This document shows, piece by piece, positions 12,941-25,653 of a stretch of DNA of 64,000 nucleotides. Location of the stretch: positions 558,001 to 622,000 of the forward strand of contig NEEC01000014.1 in the NCBI GenBank assembly GCA_002189035.1, given 5' to 3'. The DNA comes from Utricularia gibba (taxonomy: Eukaryota > Plantae > Magnoliophyta). Each line of letters begins with the position of its first letter. Position 1 is the stretch's first letter. The position numbers were made by a program, and so were the translations under genes. The notes beneath the pieces are model-generated. The model did no database searches, had not been told where the DNA came from, and saw only the letters and a list, made by a program, of their open reading frames with translations.

Positions 12941-14771
12941 TCAAAATGATCCATTCCCAATGAGCCAGAGCCAGTCAAGAGCAGCACCCAGTAACAGCCC
13001 ACAGAAGACAGAAAACACCAGCAAGTTCCCAAGTGCATTCTGCTCTGGTGCCTGCAATTCAGAGAGGCAAACTGGCCATCATGGTTCAAAATGCAACAAC
13101 CCTTTCATACATTTCTCACCTTGTACCCCTTGGGTGCTATTGAGAAAATGCAAACAGTTAGGTATCCATTCGTTAGGCCGAAAAGCCCGATCAGAAGTAT
13201 CATCCAGCCTGCATCAGCTTTCTTTGCTGTGAAGTAGAAGCAAGGGGTGAACAGGAGACGAGCCAGGCATGCTGCCAGGAGACCCTTTCTTGATTTCAGT
13301 CTAATGCCATTTATCAGAGGCATGTACCGTCCGATCAAGTCCGAGACATTGTACATCGCGATGAGGGTGATCGGGTACCTGTTCGAATGTTCGTTAACAG
13401 AGAGATGGGTGGATGGCGAAGGGAAGTAGAATCTGGTGAATATGAGCCATAGCTCTTGCATACCAAGAACCCAGCTCGTGGTTCCCGGTGTTCTCGTACA
13501 GGAATCCTGGGATGATCGACACCGTTAGAGCGTAGATCACAAAAACATCGATGACGTAATCGATGTTTTGAACCAGAAGCTGCTTGTTGCTCAGCCTGTC
13601 CGGTATCCCTGCAGCGAGTTCAAACGAAGCTGCGTTCATGGTTGATCATGATGTCGAACCCAATCGAAAAGCAACGTACCAGTTCACTGTTTGAGACATG
13701 GATCCCAGCAACAGCAAGATCAGCTATCACTGTCTTGGATCCTTCCAAGGAAGCCTTCTTGCGGAAGTACTTCACAACGGGTAGTTTCGCAAATATGAGC
13801 GCATACAAGAAGACACACAAGAACTCCAAAAGCGTTGAGATGCCAAGAAACAGAACTACACAAGCAGAAAATGTTATCAGAAGACACGGTTGCATAGCTG
13901 GTCGTTTTGAGAACATAGAACTTACTGGCTCCCTTTCTGAGTCCATTGGTGCTTCTTTCAAAGGCTGCTTTTGTGATCAATCTTAAACCAGAGGTAAGTG
14001 TTCCAGATGCAGCAAGACCAGCTAAGTAAGACTGTTAAAGAAAGAAGTTTTACACAATCAGTTTTTCTACCGTCATCGGTTAATTCGGCTCTGGTTCTAA
14101 TCCTTCACCTGGCAGAATTCAGAGCACATGAAGGATAGATCTCCCATCATTCCACCTTGGACTTGTGCATCAGCAACACCAAAAGAAGCAACAAAAACGC
14201 AGACGCCAATGAAGTTTCCAATCCCACCTTTACCAGATGTCCCGAGGTCGATCTGTCGTAGACGAAACACCACAAGCACAAATGGTGAAAAAAGGAAATA
14301 TTGATTTACCTTTACTACAAGCACTGCTTACCAGAAGCAGACCAAGTGTGCCTAGGAAGAAAATGGTGTAGCCAGAAATATTTCTCCTCCTTGTATCGAC
14401 ATTCGCCTCATTGTAGGCAAGGATTCCAATCACCACAAGCGCAAAAACCATATAAACCATAATCAGCAGTCTCCCTGTATGATAATCCTTCAAGCATAAC
14501 CAGAGGTAAATAAGCATCACCCATCACAGGTAAAAACGCCATACTCACTGCAGTATACTCACCGGAAACACCTGGTAATAGTAATCTCCAATCGTCAACA
14601 CACTATTCCATGAGACAAGCGATCCGATACCAAGAAACCAGCATACCACCATCGCCACGAACCTCCCCTGCATCAATTACAACCCAAATGCATAAACCCC
14701 GGAATCGCCCTTCTCTCCAAACCGACAAGAAAAGGGCATACCTCGAGCCTTCCAGAACCCCCATCATCCAT
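12941..14771 (-). CDS. ENT3: Equilibrative nucleoside transporter, ENT3-like, multi-exon
   Basis: GIGSLVSWNS, DYYYQVFP|DYH, VQGGMMGDLS, GLTNGYLTVCI and GPEQNALGNLL...LDWLWLIG match plant ENT3-type transporters. One splice-phase ambiguity near 13607. Confidence 0.9.
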
Positions 14772-17700
14772 GCCCACTCTCCCAACACAAGGCTCTCAGC
14801 AGAAGTAAATGCTCACTGGTGTAGCACCCAGCATCTTCCGAGGACATTCATAGCGCACTTCAAAGAAGGGCAGCCAAGGAATTCTAGTAGCTAAAGGAGT
14901 AGCTTTTATGTCAATAATGTTAAACAGCATGTAGTGCTAAGTTTGTAATAATGGAGGATCTTGACATGGAGGTACGATTTGGATTCTTAAGACAAGAAGA
15001 TGCTCTGACCCATTTCATTTGTAGGATGCTACTCGATATTGTCGGACAAAAATCATATGTTGTCGTACACTTCCGATGCGATTCTGAAGACTGAATCGTC
15101 CTTTTTTTTCAAAGGAAAACATCGGAGGAGAGAAAGTTGACAAACCCGATACGTTCGATGACTTGGGAGATTTCTGGAAATACAAAATTCCGTAGGGGCC
15201 GAATAGGCCCAGGCCCACCTACGTTCTCCAACAAGTGTCGGCCCATTTACACTATACAATACATTTATGTATATTCTAATTAAAATCATAACATTATTTT
15301 ATATACTATGATCCATGGATTCGCTTTAGATTCATGTAAAAATATTCAATTAATTCAATGCTCTAATTATAGTTTTATTTTATTTTATATTACCATTTAT
15401 ATATTGATTTATTATTTTATTATTCATAATTAAATTTAAAAAGTTTACATATCAAGTTAATTATTTGTTGTTATATAATTTTTTAAAAAAATTATGTATT
15501 TTTACTAAAAAAATTTATTCTAAATGTGGATGCACCTAAGTTTCATGAATCCGCATACTTGCATTCGTGTATCTCTGAATTTATGAACCCGCAGTTGTGC
15601 ATCATAGGTTATATAATGATATTAATAAAGAATCCATTATTCCAAGTTTTTAAATGAAAAATATGTATTAATCCAATAATGAAATAAATATAATATGCCA
15701 CTAAAGAGGTTGATATTACCATCTTATAAAAATCTTACATTGAATAATCGTATAAATCTGGAATAAACTTTAAAGTTGAGTATGTGTCTTTTATTTTTGT
15801 TTTTTATACTAATGGCGCGATTCATTTGAAAATTCCGAATTCGGCCACACATCTTCCCTTTTCTCGTATTTTCACCCCCAGCCCACTTATTTTATTTCAT
15901 TTTCGCCCCATCCACTGTCTTTTTCTTAACATCAATAGCAAGGAATCCATTGAAAAGTAACCTTAACAGCTTCGTTGGGACATTAGTGGGCCCACCCTCC
16001 AAAAACGGATTGGAAAATCATATACGCGAACAATTTATAGTTTTTTATAAATATTTCTTATCAAATACGAATAATTTTATTTCAAAAAAATCAAAAATTT
16101 AGAAGTACTCGCAATAAAAAGATAAAAACTAGAATCCAAATACATATTCACGATATTTGAAATTTTTTTTAAAAAAAACTCCATCGCATAGGTGGGTTTT
16201 CCTAAGCCTACAATCTAAGTGGTTTTCATAGACTTAGGTATTTGACAAAATATGCATATTAGATATTCATTTTTTCTTAAACCTATGATTTAACATTATA
16301 AACCAAGCTGCCAAACACCCCCCTTTTTTTTAAGTGTGATGGATGAGGATGAATCAAGAAATGGGTAACTAAACAAAGAGGGAGATGGAATCTTGCAAAA
16401 AGGGAAGCCTTGGAGTCTTGTAACTCAAGATTTAGGGGGGAGAGAGGTCCCATACCAGCTCTAAATTCAATCCCACAAGTACCTTTCGAATTAGATTCCC
16501 TCTTCAGGGTTTTTTTTCTTTTCTTTTCTTTTTCAAATGAAAAAAAAAAATCAACTTTAATCTCAAGTTATTCTTCCTCATTGGGGTTTATATGCTCCTT
16601 GCTTCTCATTGGCTTGTTGGGGGTTGAATCGGGCATTTTTAAAAAATCGACTTTCTTCCAAACTCAGATCGATCGTAAGATTCTTTTTGGATTGGTAAGT
16701 CGAAAACCCGATCTAAGCACGAATCTGATCCAAAAGTTTTACAAACTCTCGTTGGCGAACAATATAACGTATTGTCGTTTCATTTTACACTAAAGTAAAA
16801 ATGATTATGCAAATCTTGTATGAAACCTCTTTGGAAATCTTAATTAGAAGAGTCATTAGCCAATCAGAATCTCAAAAGATCCTAGTTCAAAAGATACTTG
16901 TGTAATATGTCTAGCTCGTTTTCTTTTTTTTTTCTTGACTAGTGACATAGTTGGTCATAGTGACTTATATACATCTAAGATATTTGGATTTTATTTGATT
17001 TAATTTCTTAAAAATCAATTTTCTAAAATTTTATTTCTTTTTTACAATATTATTTATTTATATTTGATAACAAAACTAAGTTGTTCGAAATAGAGCTTTA
17101 CTTCTGGTTAGAGTATCAAATTGTAAGAAGAGGAGTTGGAAGAGAATCGGGATTGCCTTGCTTGGCCTCCACTGAAGTGAAAGAAGAAGATTCCCCGCAT
17201 CTGTGTGCATTAGATGAATTGCACCAATGGATTTGCGTGCATTAACTCGTTAATGCAAAAATAATTGAAATGGGGGATGAATATTGCAGTATTCCATGGA
17301 ATCTACGAATCCAAGCCCCTTCTTAACCAGCGCTTTTATGGCGGAATTATGCACGCAACTTTTTGGAAAGCTGGAGGAGGGAAAATAAGATAAAGAGGAT
17401 TTGCTCAGGGGGATCGATGCTTAAGTTCCAAAGCCACGTTGAATATCTCTTTGCCTGCTTTCTTAATGCGTTTAAAAGCTTCGTGTGTTTGTTCTCCGCG
17501 GCTTTTACTTATCCCCAGGGAATCCAGTTTCGTCTCTGTGCGATTTCTATCGATTCGCTTCCAATCAAATTTTGTTTAAAGTATAAAGTTGGAGTTTGCA
17601 GTAGAGTGAACTTCCTCCATCAATAACAAATACTCCAATGGTATCATGAGCATGAGATTTTCGAATGCTGCCCATGTAAACAATGTATTGAATGGAGGGG

Positions 17701-18211
17701 GGGTGTTAAAGTTGTAAAACAAAAGATTATAAAAGCTAAAGAGAAAAGTGAACTCGAGAGGAAGAATGAAGGATTGGCTTATTGGGGTTGGTGTGGAGTT
17801 CAAACTTTCATGGAAAACCCGCATTTTCTTCTTTTACCATCTCCATAGTGACACAAAAGTTGCTGATGTTCTGAAAAAAGTGGGATGGGAGAAGAAATTA
17901 CTGACCCAAATCACTGTGGTGTTGGAAACCAGCTTCCTGAGAGGTGTTGATGTGTCTGATTCTTCCATTGTTCTTGGAATTGGATTATGCTTCTTATCGT
18001 GTGATTTAGTGTTGATTACACAGTAAAACAGTGAGGATTTTGGAGATAAGGGATGGGAAAAGAGAACAGAAGAAGTGCAGATTCCTTAGGCACACCATTA
18101 AATATGACCTTTTGTCTCTCCGGAACATGCCTTTTACCTCCTCCTCTTCTCTTCTCTGAATCCCCAAGCTTATGTTGGTCTGCAAGAACCCCTCTTCTCT
18201 AGCTCTAGCAA

Positions 18212-19765
18212 ATGGATTCCCCTTGTGAGATGAGCTTTGAGTGCAAACCCCATCTTAAGATGCATGAAACTCAGAAGCTTGAGGAGTTCCTCTCTCGTCT
18301 AGAGGAAGAGCGTCACAAGATCGAAGCTTTCAAGCGTGAGCTTCCTCTTTGCACGCAGCTTATTACAGATGGTAAGACATTTTTGTTCTAGAAGCATGCT
18401 TCTCATGATACCTAGTTAGGGTTTCTGAGAGAAGGTAGTGATGGAAGAAGGCGTAGTTCATCACTTTTGCTTGTGTTTGATCAGCCATGGAGGCGTCCAG
18501 GCAGCGGCTGCAGACGGGGAAATCGAAGCCGGTACTGGAAGAATTCATTCCGATTAACAAAGGAAGCGATTCATCGGAGAATGATGCAGTGGAAGTGAGC
18601 CATGCAGATAGGTCTAGCTGGATGACCTCTGCACAGTTATGGAATCAAGAACCCGACAAGACTCATCCTCCTCCACATGAAGCTGAGATCAAGTTCGGTC
18701 TGAACGGCGGGAAGTCGAGAATGGGAGCTTTCCATCCCTTCCCTTCTAGAGATAAGTCATCACCATCGGAACATGAAGGATTCCCTGAACTAGCCCTAGC
18801 TTCCAATCACAGTGGACACGACATTCGGAGTTCACCGGAGAGCAAGAGGGATCATGGCGGCGGAGGTGGTGGTGGAAGCACTGCGCAAAGGAAGGCGCGG
18901 CGGTGCTGGTCACCGGATCTGCACAGACGCTTTGTTAAAGCTCTGCAGATCCTGGGGGGCTCACAAGGTAATTAACCAGTCGTGATTACCCACTGAACTG
19001 CATCTTATTGAAGGCTTATCTTCTGCGAAAACTGCAGTTGCCACTCCAAAGCAAATCAGGGAGCTGATGAAAGTGGATGGATTAACAAATGATGAAGTCA
19101 AAAGTCACTTGCAGGTGCACCCTTTTTCCCTTGTCTGAAACCTTCCACGTTTCTCTGAATTCCATGCCGATTATTGTTCGAACAAATGGGACAATCCGTC
19201 CATGATTTCATACAAAAACGATAAAGAAAATGAATAAAACCAGTTTAAATGATGTGCCTGGCAGAAATATAGACTCCACACAAGAAGGCCAAGCCCCACG
19301 CCACAAGCCGCGGTTCCGGCGCCGCCCCAAGTGGTGGTCCTCGGTGGAATATGGGTTCCCCCAGAGTACGCGGCAGCAGCAGCAGCAGCTCAAAGTGGGG
19401 CTCCAGCAGCAGCTCTGTACGCTCCACCTCCTCACCCTTTCTGCTCCCCAGTTGCAGCAGTGCCTCAGGAGCTTTATCCTGGAATGGCACCCTCCCCACC
19501 CTCTTCTGTCCACCGCCACCACCACCACGCCGGCGCACACCGCCGAATGTACAATAAGCCGCCGTTGACGCAGTCGCAGATAAACCTGTCACCGGAGTCA
19601 GGTGTTCAAGGAGGCGGCAACGGTAACCCCTCGGAGAGCATAGAAGACGGGAAATCCGAGAGTGGAAGCTGGAAGGTGGATAGCGGAATGGAGAACGCCG
19701 GCGAAAGGAGGAGAGCGGAGGGCGGCGAAGAGTGCAACACGAGCATCGTCAGTTTGAAATTCTGA
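18212..19765 (+). CDS. HHO: GARP/G2-like MYB transcription factor of the HRS1/HHO (NIGT1/EFM/HHO5) family, 4 exons
   Basis: N-terminal [18 protein letters not shown]; MYB domain [49 protein letters not shown]|KYRLH; [13 protein letters not shown] motif. Confidence 0.93.
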
Positions 19766-20115
19766 AGTAATTAATTTGATCGAGAAAAATAAAATACGAA
19801 AGAGAGTCCATATACTGTAATAAAGGACAAATAAGAACCTCCTGCTTTTCAATTTCGGGATTTTATAATACTTTTTTATTAAAAAATGTAATTATTTTTT
19901 AAAAATTATTGACGAAAAAATGTTACGAGTTTGGGCTCTGCCCTACTTCTACGGCCCATTAACCCGAAAATTGAGCTTCTGATTTGGGCTCTAGGGTTCT
20001 TTATAGGAGTATGATCATAGAACTGGAAAATGTTTGGCACATGAAAGCAACACAGTGAAAGGTGTCTCATTTTTTCACAAGCAGAACCGGAGACGAAGCT
20101 CTGGTGTTTCTGTTT

Positions 20116-21011
20116 CTATCCAAGTTTTGCAAGGACGTCATTCAATGCAGATACAGTTTCGGCGTAGTACTTCTCCGCATTGGGGCTGCTTTTCTTCTTC
20201 GCCGCGTAGTCGAGCTGCAAGAGGAATAGCAACATCACAAGATGATCAGCCAATCCGATGGAATCATGAACAAGGTGGGAAAGTGGGTGATGTGAAACTG
20301 ACATTGTCGATGGTGTCAAACAGTTTTCCGGTGAGACTCTTGAGCTCCTGCTTCTCTGCTTTAGGCTTTGCTGAGATGACTGTGTTGAGATCGTACCGGA
20401 GGTATGAGGCCTTCAATCGGAGATCGTTTTGGACGTAAGGCCAGGCCTTCTTTGCGATCAGCCCCTTGACTTTGATGATGTCCTCAGCAGACACCTTGGC
20501 CCTGGCAGCGGCCTCGGACGGCGACAGGGGCTGGAGGAAGAACCGGTCCTTGAGAGGCAACTTAAGGTCTCTTGGCTCATCAGAGTTCAGTGTACCAGCT
20601 TCATACAACAACAACATCATATTTCAAGACAAGGTACAGTAGCTGAAGGAGCAACTGGAAAGCAAATACAGAAACAGAGGAACAACATACGAAATTGCAA
20701 AAGGACAACTTACGAAGTCCACCGGAGAGGGCCGGGGGAGGGCCAATCTTGATGGATTTGGCGTCAGCAAGCACCGCCTGAACAAAGGATCCCGAGACGA
20801 TCCCAGCAGCGACAAGACCCAGCATTGCGCGGCGGCCAGTCTCAATCTCAGCCGGGTTCTGCTGCAGGGCTCGGACGCTGAATCCGGGGCGGACGACGGC
20901 AGCTCCTCTGGGCATGCTGAGGCGAGTGGAGCCACTGATGTGGAGACTACCGTCGAGAACAGCTTGAGAAGAGCCGAGGAAGCCGGCGGTTGATGCCATC
21001 GCCTGTGCCAT
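20116..21011 (-). CDS. PSBQ: Photosystem II oxygen-evolving enhancer protein 3 (PsbQ), 3 exons, bipartite transit peptide
   Basis: MAQAMAS..., twin-arginine [21 protein letters not shown]|[38 protein letters not shown]. Confidence 0.96.
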
Positions 21012-21093
21012 TTCCTGGTTCACACTTCACACAAATTCGTCGAACAGATGATATCTGTCGTTATGAGTTCCTCGCTCCATCCCTAGAGATTTA

Positions 21094-21101
21094 CCTTATC
21101 C
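21094..21101 (-). promoter_or_regulatory. I-box (GGATAAGG) in the PsbQ promoter
   Basis: CCTTATCC on the + strand about 85 bp upstream of the PsbQ ATG; typical light-regulated element. Confidence 0.45.
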
Positions 21102-22476
21102 AACTTTAGATACCTTCTGGCCAATCACCGCTTGCCACCTAAACAGAGATTCAGGATATCGTTGTATTTTGTCCTCAAATAATTACTTCGAAATAATATT
21201 TTATTTTTTTCTTTTTCACTTTTTTTTAATTAAATTTAAAATTAATTTTTTGATATCTACGTTTATTTTTAAATAAAAACTAATTTAAAATCGTTTTTAA
21301 TAAATTTTAGGAAAGCCTCAGGGAAGACTTCGCATCTTCTTCAGGTAACGAGGATTCCACACTTGAGGCCTGTGATTTATTAAGCACCCACACAAGAAAA
21401 CATCAGCAAGTTCTAGAGATGAAAGCTAGTGCCCTGGTGTAAAAGCAGCAGTGTTTATATTACCTTGCTGCAGATGAAAACAAGTTCCCAACTCCAGTTG
21501 AGTCCTCTGCTGAGGATGAGGGCCTTGTGATCAGAATGTACAAACTCGTTGGCGAATAGTTGTGATCAAAACACCTGAGGAAGTCAAGAACTGCTGGTTG
21601 TCCAAGAAGAAGGGTGGAATGTAACACCGGAAGATCTGTAGTTCTTCTGCTCATGTACTTCAGATCCTTTTGGTTGCTGGTTTACAAACATGGCGCCTAA
21701 TTTGAATGGTAAGTGTTCATATCAAGCTCCAAACCTTCATGATGTCCGACTTGGAACACAATTACAGGATCCTAGACTGATATAAGACTAAAAGTTAACC
21801 TTCAATGCTTTGTATCAGGACACATATCATAGGGAGGCCGAGGTACCTGTACAATAAACAAAATGGAGATAGAAGCAGCAGCACAGCTCATCACGGCTAA
21901 CATTTAGCTACTTTTTCTTTTTTTTTCCCTCAGGAAGATGAAGTGATGAACCAACACCAGTTTTCCAAATGAAAAGTTAGGCTTTTGGAGCACTTTATCA
22001 AGTAACCAACTTGGGTTAAGAGGCACCATTTTTGGAAGCACATACCAAATACAATCAGCATACTGCATACAACTGGAATATAATAAGAACTGGTGAAAGT
22101 GAATATCTTTACGGCAAGAAATGCTGCTTCCGAATAAATTGCCTTTGGACTCAAATTGCATCTCCATCATTGACATCACTCACTACCCAATAAATCACGG
22201 AAGGAAAAGTTTCTTAGCAACGTCCAACGACAATGCATTTCAAGAAACATGGCACGCAATAAATGTTTCAAACTATAAACAATGATAAACCACCACACAA
22301 TGACATGCAAATACAATCGAATTCGCCCAAACTCTCGTCGCCAGAAAAAAAGATTAGTCGACGGCTTTCAGCCATCGTTTGCGTTTGAGAATTTCGCCGT
22401 TTGCCGGAGGTCAAATCGTTCGCCATTTCATCGGCGAATTCACCCTTGGAGTGGGGACCACAAGGTTTCATGTGTC

Positions 22477-22532
22477 GCCCAAGGCCCGGTTCAAATATTT
22501 TTCAGGCCCAGCCCATAATCAGCCTATGGGCC
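22477..22532. promoter_or_regulatory. Site II (TGGGCY) cluster, probable bidirectional promoter
   Basis: GCCCA 22477, GGCCCA 22505, AGCCCA 22510 and TGGGCC 22527, with GC-rich leader-like sequence on both sides. Confidence 0.55.
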
Positions 22533-23074
22533 TGAACTCAATTGAGAGAGGCGCAATCTATCACATTTTATTTGTATATTTTGTGATTTTGCTATAAATC
22601 GGTCTCCTATTTTCTTGGCTGATCGTCGTGGCTCCCCAGCTATTTGCTTGGTTCCCTGGTTTTCTCCTATCTTCTTCCCAAATTCTCCGGCAACGACAAT
22701 ATTCCGCCGTCAGCCGTACGCCATCCTCGTCTCCCTGCCAAAGAAACTTTCACGTTTTCGTTTTCGCTAATGTGTTCCTGTTTCAGCATGTGTGCTGCTC
22801 ACATTGCGACACGGATACGCTTACCAATTCCGAGAATCCCCGACGATCGAATATCGAGCATACCTCATCCCAGGTGATCGTTCATGCAGATAGATGATAT
22901 TCCTCATCTGATCGACAATCGGATCATCTGGTAAATGACGAATTTTAATCCAGATTAGGGTTTCTGATACGCCTCACGGTGTTGGTATGATAAATTGCAG
23001 CATTCGGGAAGGTACGAGCATTGCGTTTGCTGTAAGGGAGGGGGGGAGTTGGATTGGAGCTGTGGAGCACAAAA

Positions 23075-23731
23075 ATGGGAACCAAAGTGAAGGTCTTCTA
23101 CAAGGGCTTCAAGAACACCCTATCCAACATGTTTGGTAACCAACTGAGTTTACAGATCAACGCTTGATTCTCCTCCAATCTGAAGCTGAAGTTCCATCTG
23201 CGGTTGCAGTTGCCAAGGAGCAGGAAATGGAGATCGAAATTGGAAACCCGACGGATGTCAAGCATGTGGCTCACATTGGCTGGGATGGCCCTTCCGGCGG
23301 TGGAGCTCCGACATGGGTGCGTACAAGACGCCATCATCACCCCTTTTCCCCATTACTCGATCATGCCTGCAATTCGTTGCAGATGAATGAGTTCAAAGCC
23401 GGACCCGATTTCGCTTCGACTTCGATCGGCAGATCATGCTCCACACTCTCACCATGGTCTCCTCAAGGTGAGTTTCTGCTCCACTCCTCCCTCTCTGTGA
23501 CGTATCGCAATCAGGTTCTTTTTTTGAACAGAGAAGGAAGGATCCACAGACACATCCACCATCAAGGATCCCCACGGCACAACGAAAAAAGAGAAGCGCA
23601 GGAAACCTAAATCGACTTCATCACCATCTTCTTCGCCTTCCGCGAGATCGCGACGGGGTCCGAAACCAAAACCGAAACCGAAATGCGCCCAAACGAATGC
23701 ATCCTCCTCCATGGAGATCATCATGCCATAG
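23075..23731 (+). CDS. RIC: ROP-interactive CRIB-domain protein (RIC, RIC10-like), 4 exons
   Basis: MGTKVKVFYKGFK..|EMEIEIGNPTDVKHVAHIGWDG..APTW|MNEFK; basic Ser/Lys/Pro-rich tail; stop at 23729-23731. Confidence 0.9.
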
Positions 23732-25653
23732 CGAAGGAACAATCAAAGTCCACCATTTTTATTACACCTTGAGCTTTGTGAGATAGAGAGGTGCCTAAAC
23801 CCTAGCTGTTTATGTTATCCCATTTAACTTCCAAATGTGAAAGATATAAAGAGATTAAATAAAATAAATATTTTTCTATATTATATTTTATTTCTAATTT
23901 AAAAAATATATAACCATTTGAAATTAAGCTATGTTTCATCTTTATTTAATTGTAATATATATTATTATATTAATATTATTTAAAATTCAAATCATTTATA
24001 TGTAATATTTCATTTCATTGCTTCCACTTTCAGTGTTTCTAGAGGACATAGATGGTACCACAAAACTTTTTTCTCTTGGATAGCTAGATGAATATAGACA
24101 ACTTTACCCATATTCATCTAACTCATCCAATCCAGAATCAAGGTAAAAAGGTCCTGTTCTATGTAAATAATTTTATGTAGTTATTCTTTTTAATTTTTAA
24201 AAATTCTATTTTTTAATTGCTTTATAGTAAAATTAGAAATTAAGATTATATGATTAACTTCACAAATTATTGAATTTCTTGAATATCTCTTTGATTTGTT
24301 CTCTCAAAAATCAATTTTCAAGAATTGCTTCTAGTAAAACATAAAGTTATTTTTTATATAACTTCTAACTTTTAAAATTTTATGTTTTTTGGATCAAAAG
24401 TCGGTGTAAATTGAGTCTTTACAACTTTTGAAAAATAAGAAACACTTTTGAATTTTTATTTTTTGGAAATAGAATTTGTTCGTATTCAATAAAAAAAACT
24501 ATTTTTGAAACAGTTTTTCAAAAAAAAAAGTATAAAGGGAAGAAAGAATCTAAATGGACCAGGAGCAGCTTCTACGAACAAAGTGTAAGGGGTGCAGAGT
24601 GACAAATGGGCCAATAAAATTTAAATACCACATTCAATAAACGGCTGGTCATTCTGCCACAGCCACGTCTGTCACTCATTTTTTATTATTCTTTTTTTTT
24701 CTAAAAAAAAAAGGAAATAATAAATTCTCACCTACACCCCCTTTACATTTACCTGATTCTTGTGATTGGGACTCATTACTCCTCCCAACGGCCTTTTCAA
24801 TAACCTACGTATTTTCTTTCTTTTTTTAATTTTCCCAGGTAGAAGAAACGAAGTGAGGCAATTTGAACAACAGAAAACTGACACCCGGAAGTAGAACAGG
24901 AACTGGAATCCAAGAACTTTGAAACTGGGAGGTTGGCAGTTTTTTGGGAAATGGAACTGGATTCTGAACAAAGAGGGAGTGAAGGAGTTAAGTGAGTGAA
25001 TCTCGTTTCTGATCCAAATGCCAAATCGATGGGATGGCAGTCATTCGTACCAAGTGCTCAACTTTTTCTTTCTTTTTTTACCAGAGATGACAGACAGACA
25101 CCCACCCGGTTGCTGCTGTATAGGACTGGGAGATCCGATAGGGTTTGGTCCGGTTCAGCATGTAGCTTCTGGTATGAAGCACAGAACCAGAAACGCCACA
25201 CATGGTTAAAGAAAGGAAGATAGATAGTAACCGCGGCCAGTTGTCTGAAGACTGTAACATGGGAAGATGTTGAGCAGCAGTGAATGAATGGGAGTAGGCA
25301 CATAGATAGATAGAGGGGTGTAAAGGAAGAGGAGTATCACTTGATGCAGGTGTTGAAATTTCTACAGATAATAGAAATTCAAATATTCAATATTTACAAA
25401 AAATTAATCCTAATCGATTAATAATAATCTGTAATTTCTTATATAATTGTATCTTACCTGAATTCTTGCCATTGTTTCAGTCACTGCTGGTAACCCACAT
25501 GAGCAGCATCATCCATCCATCCCTTGGGATCTGGTTTGTAGCAGCATTACCCACTTACAACCACATTTTGGGTGTGTGTTTTTTTATTGTGATTGGGAAT
25601 GGGAATGGGAAGGAATGGTTATGGTGTAGTCATCAGAGTCTGATATCATTCCA

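Noticed and set aside
22040-22180. Possible box C/D snoRNA (ATGATGG...CTGA) on the minus strand
   Set aside because: Imperfect C box, no convincing terminal stem and no rRNA-complementary guide recognised.
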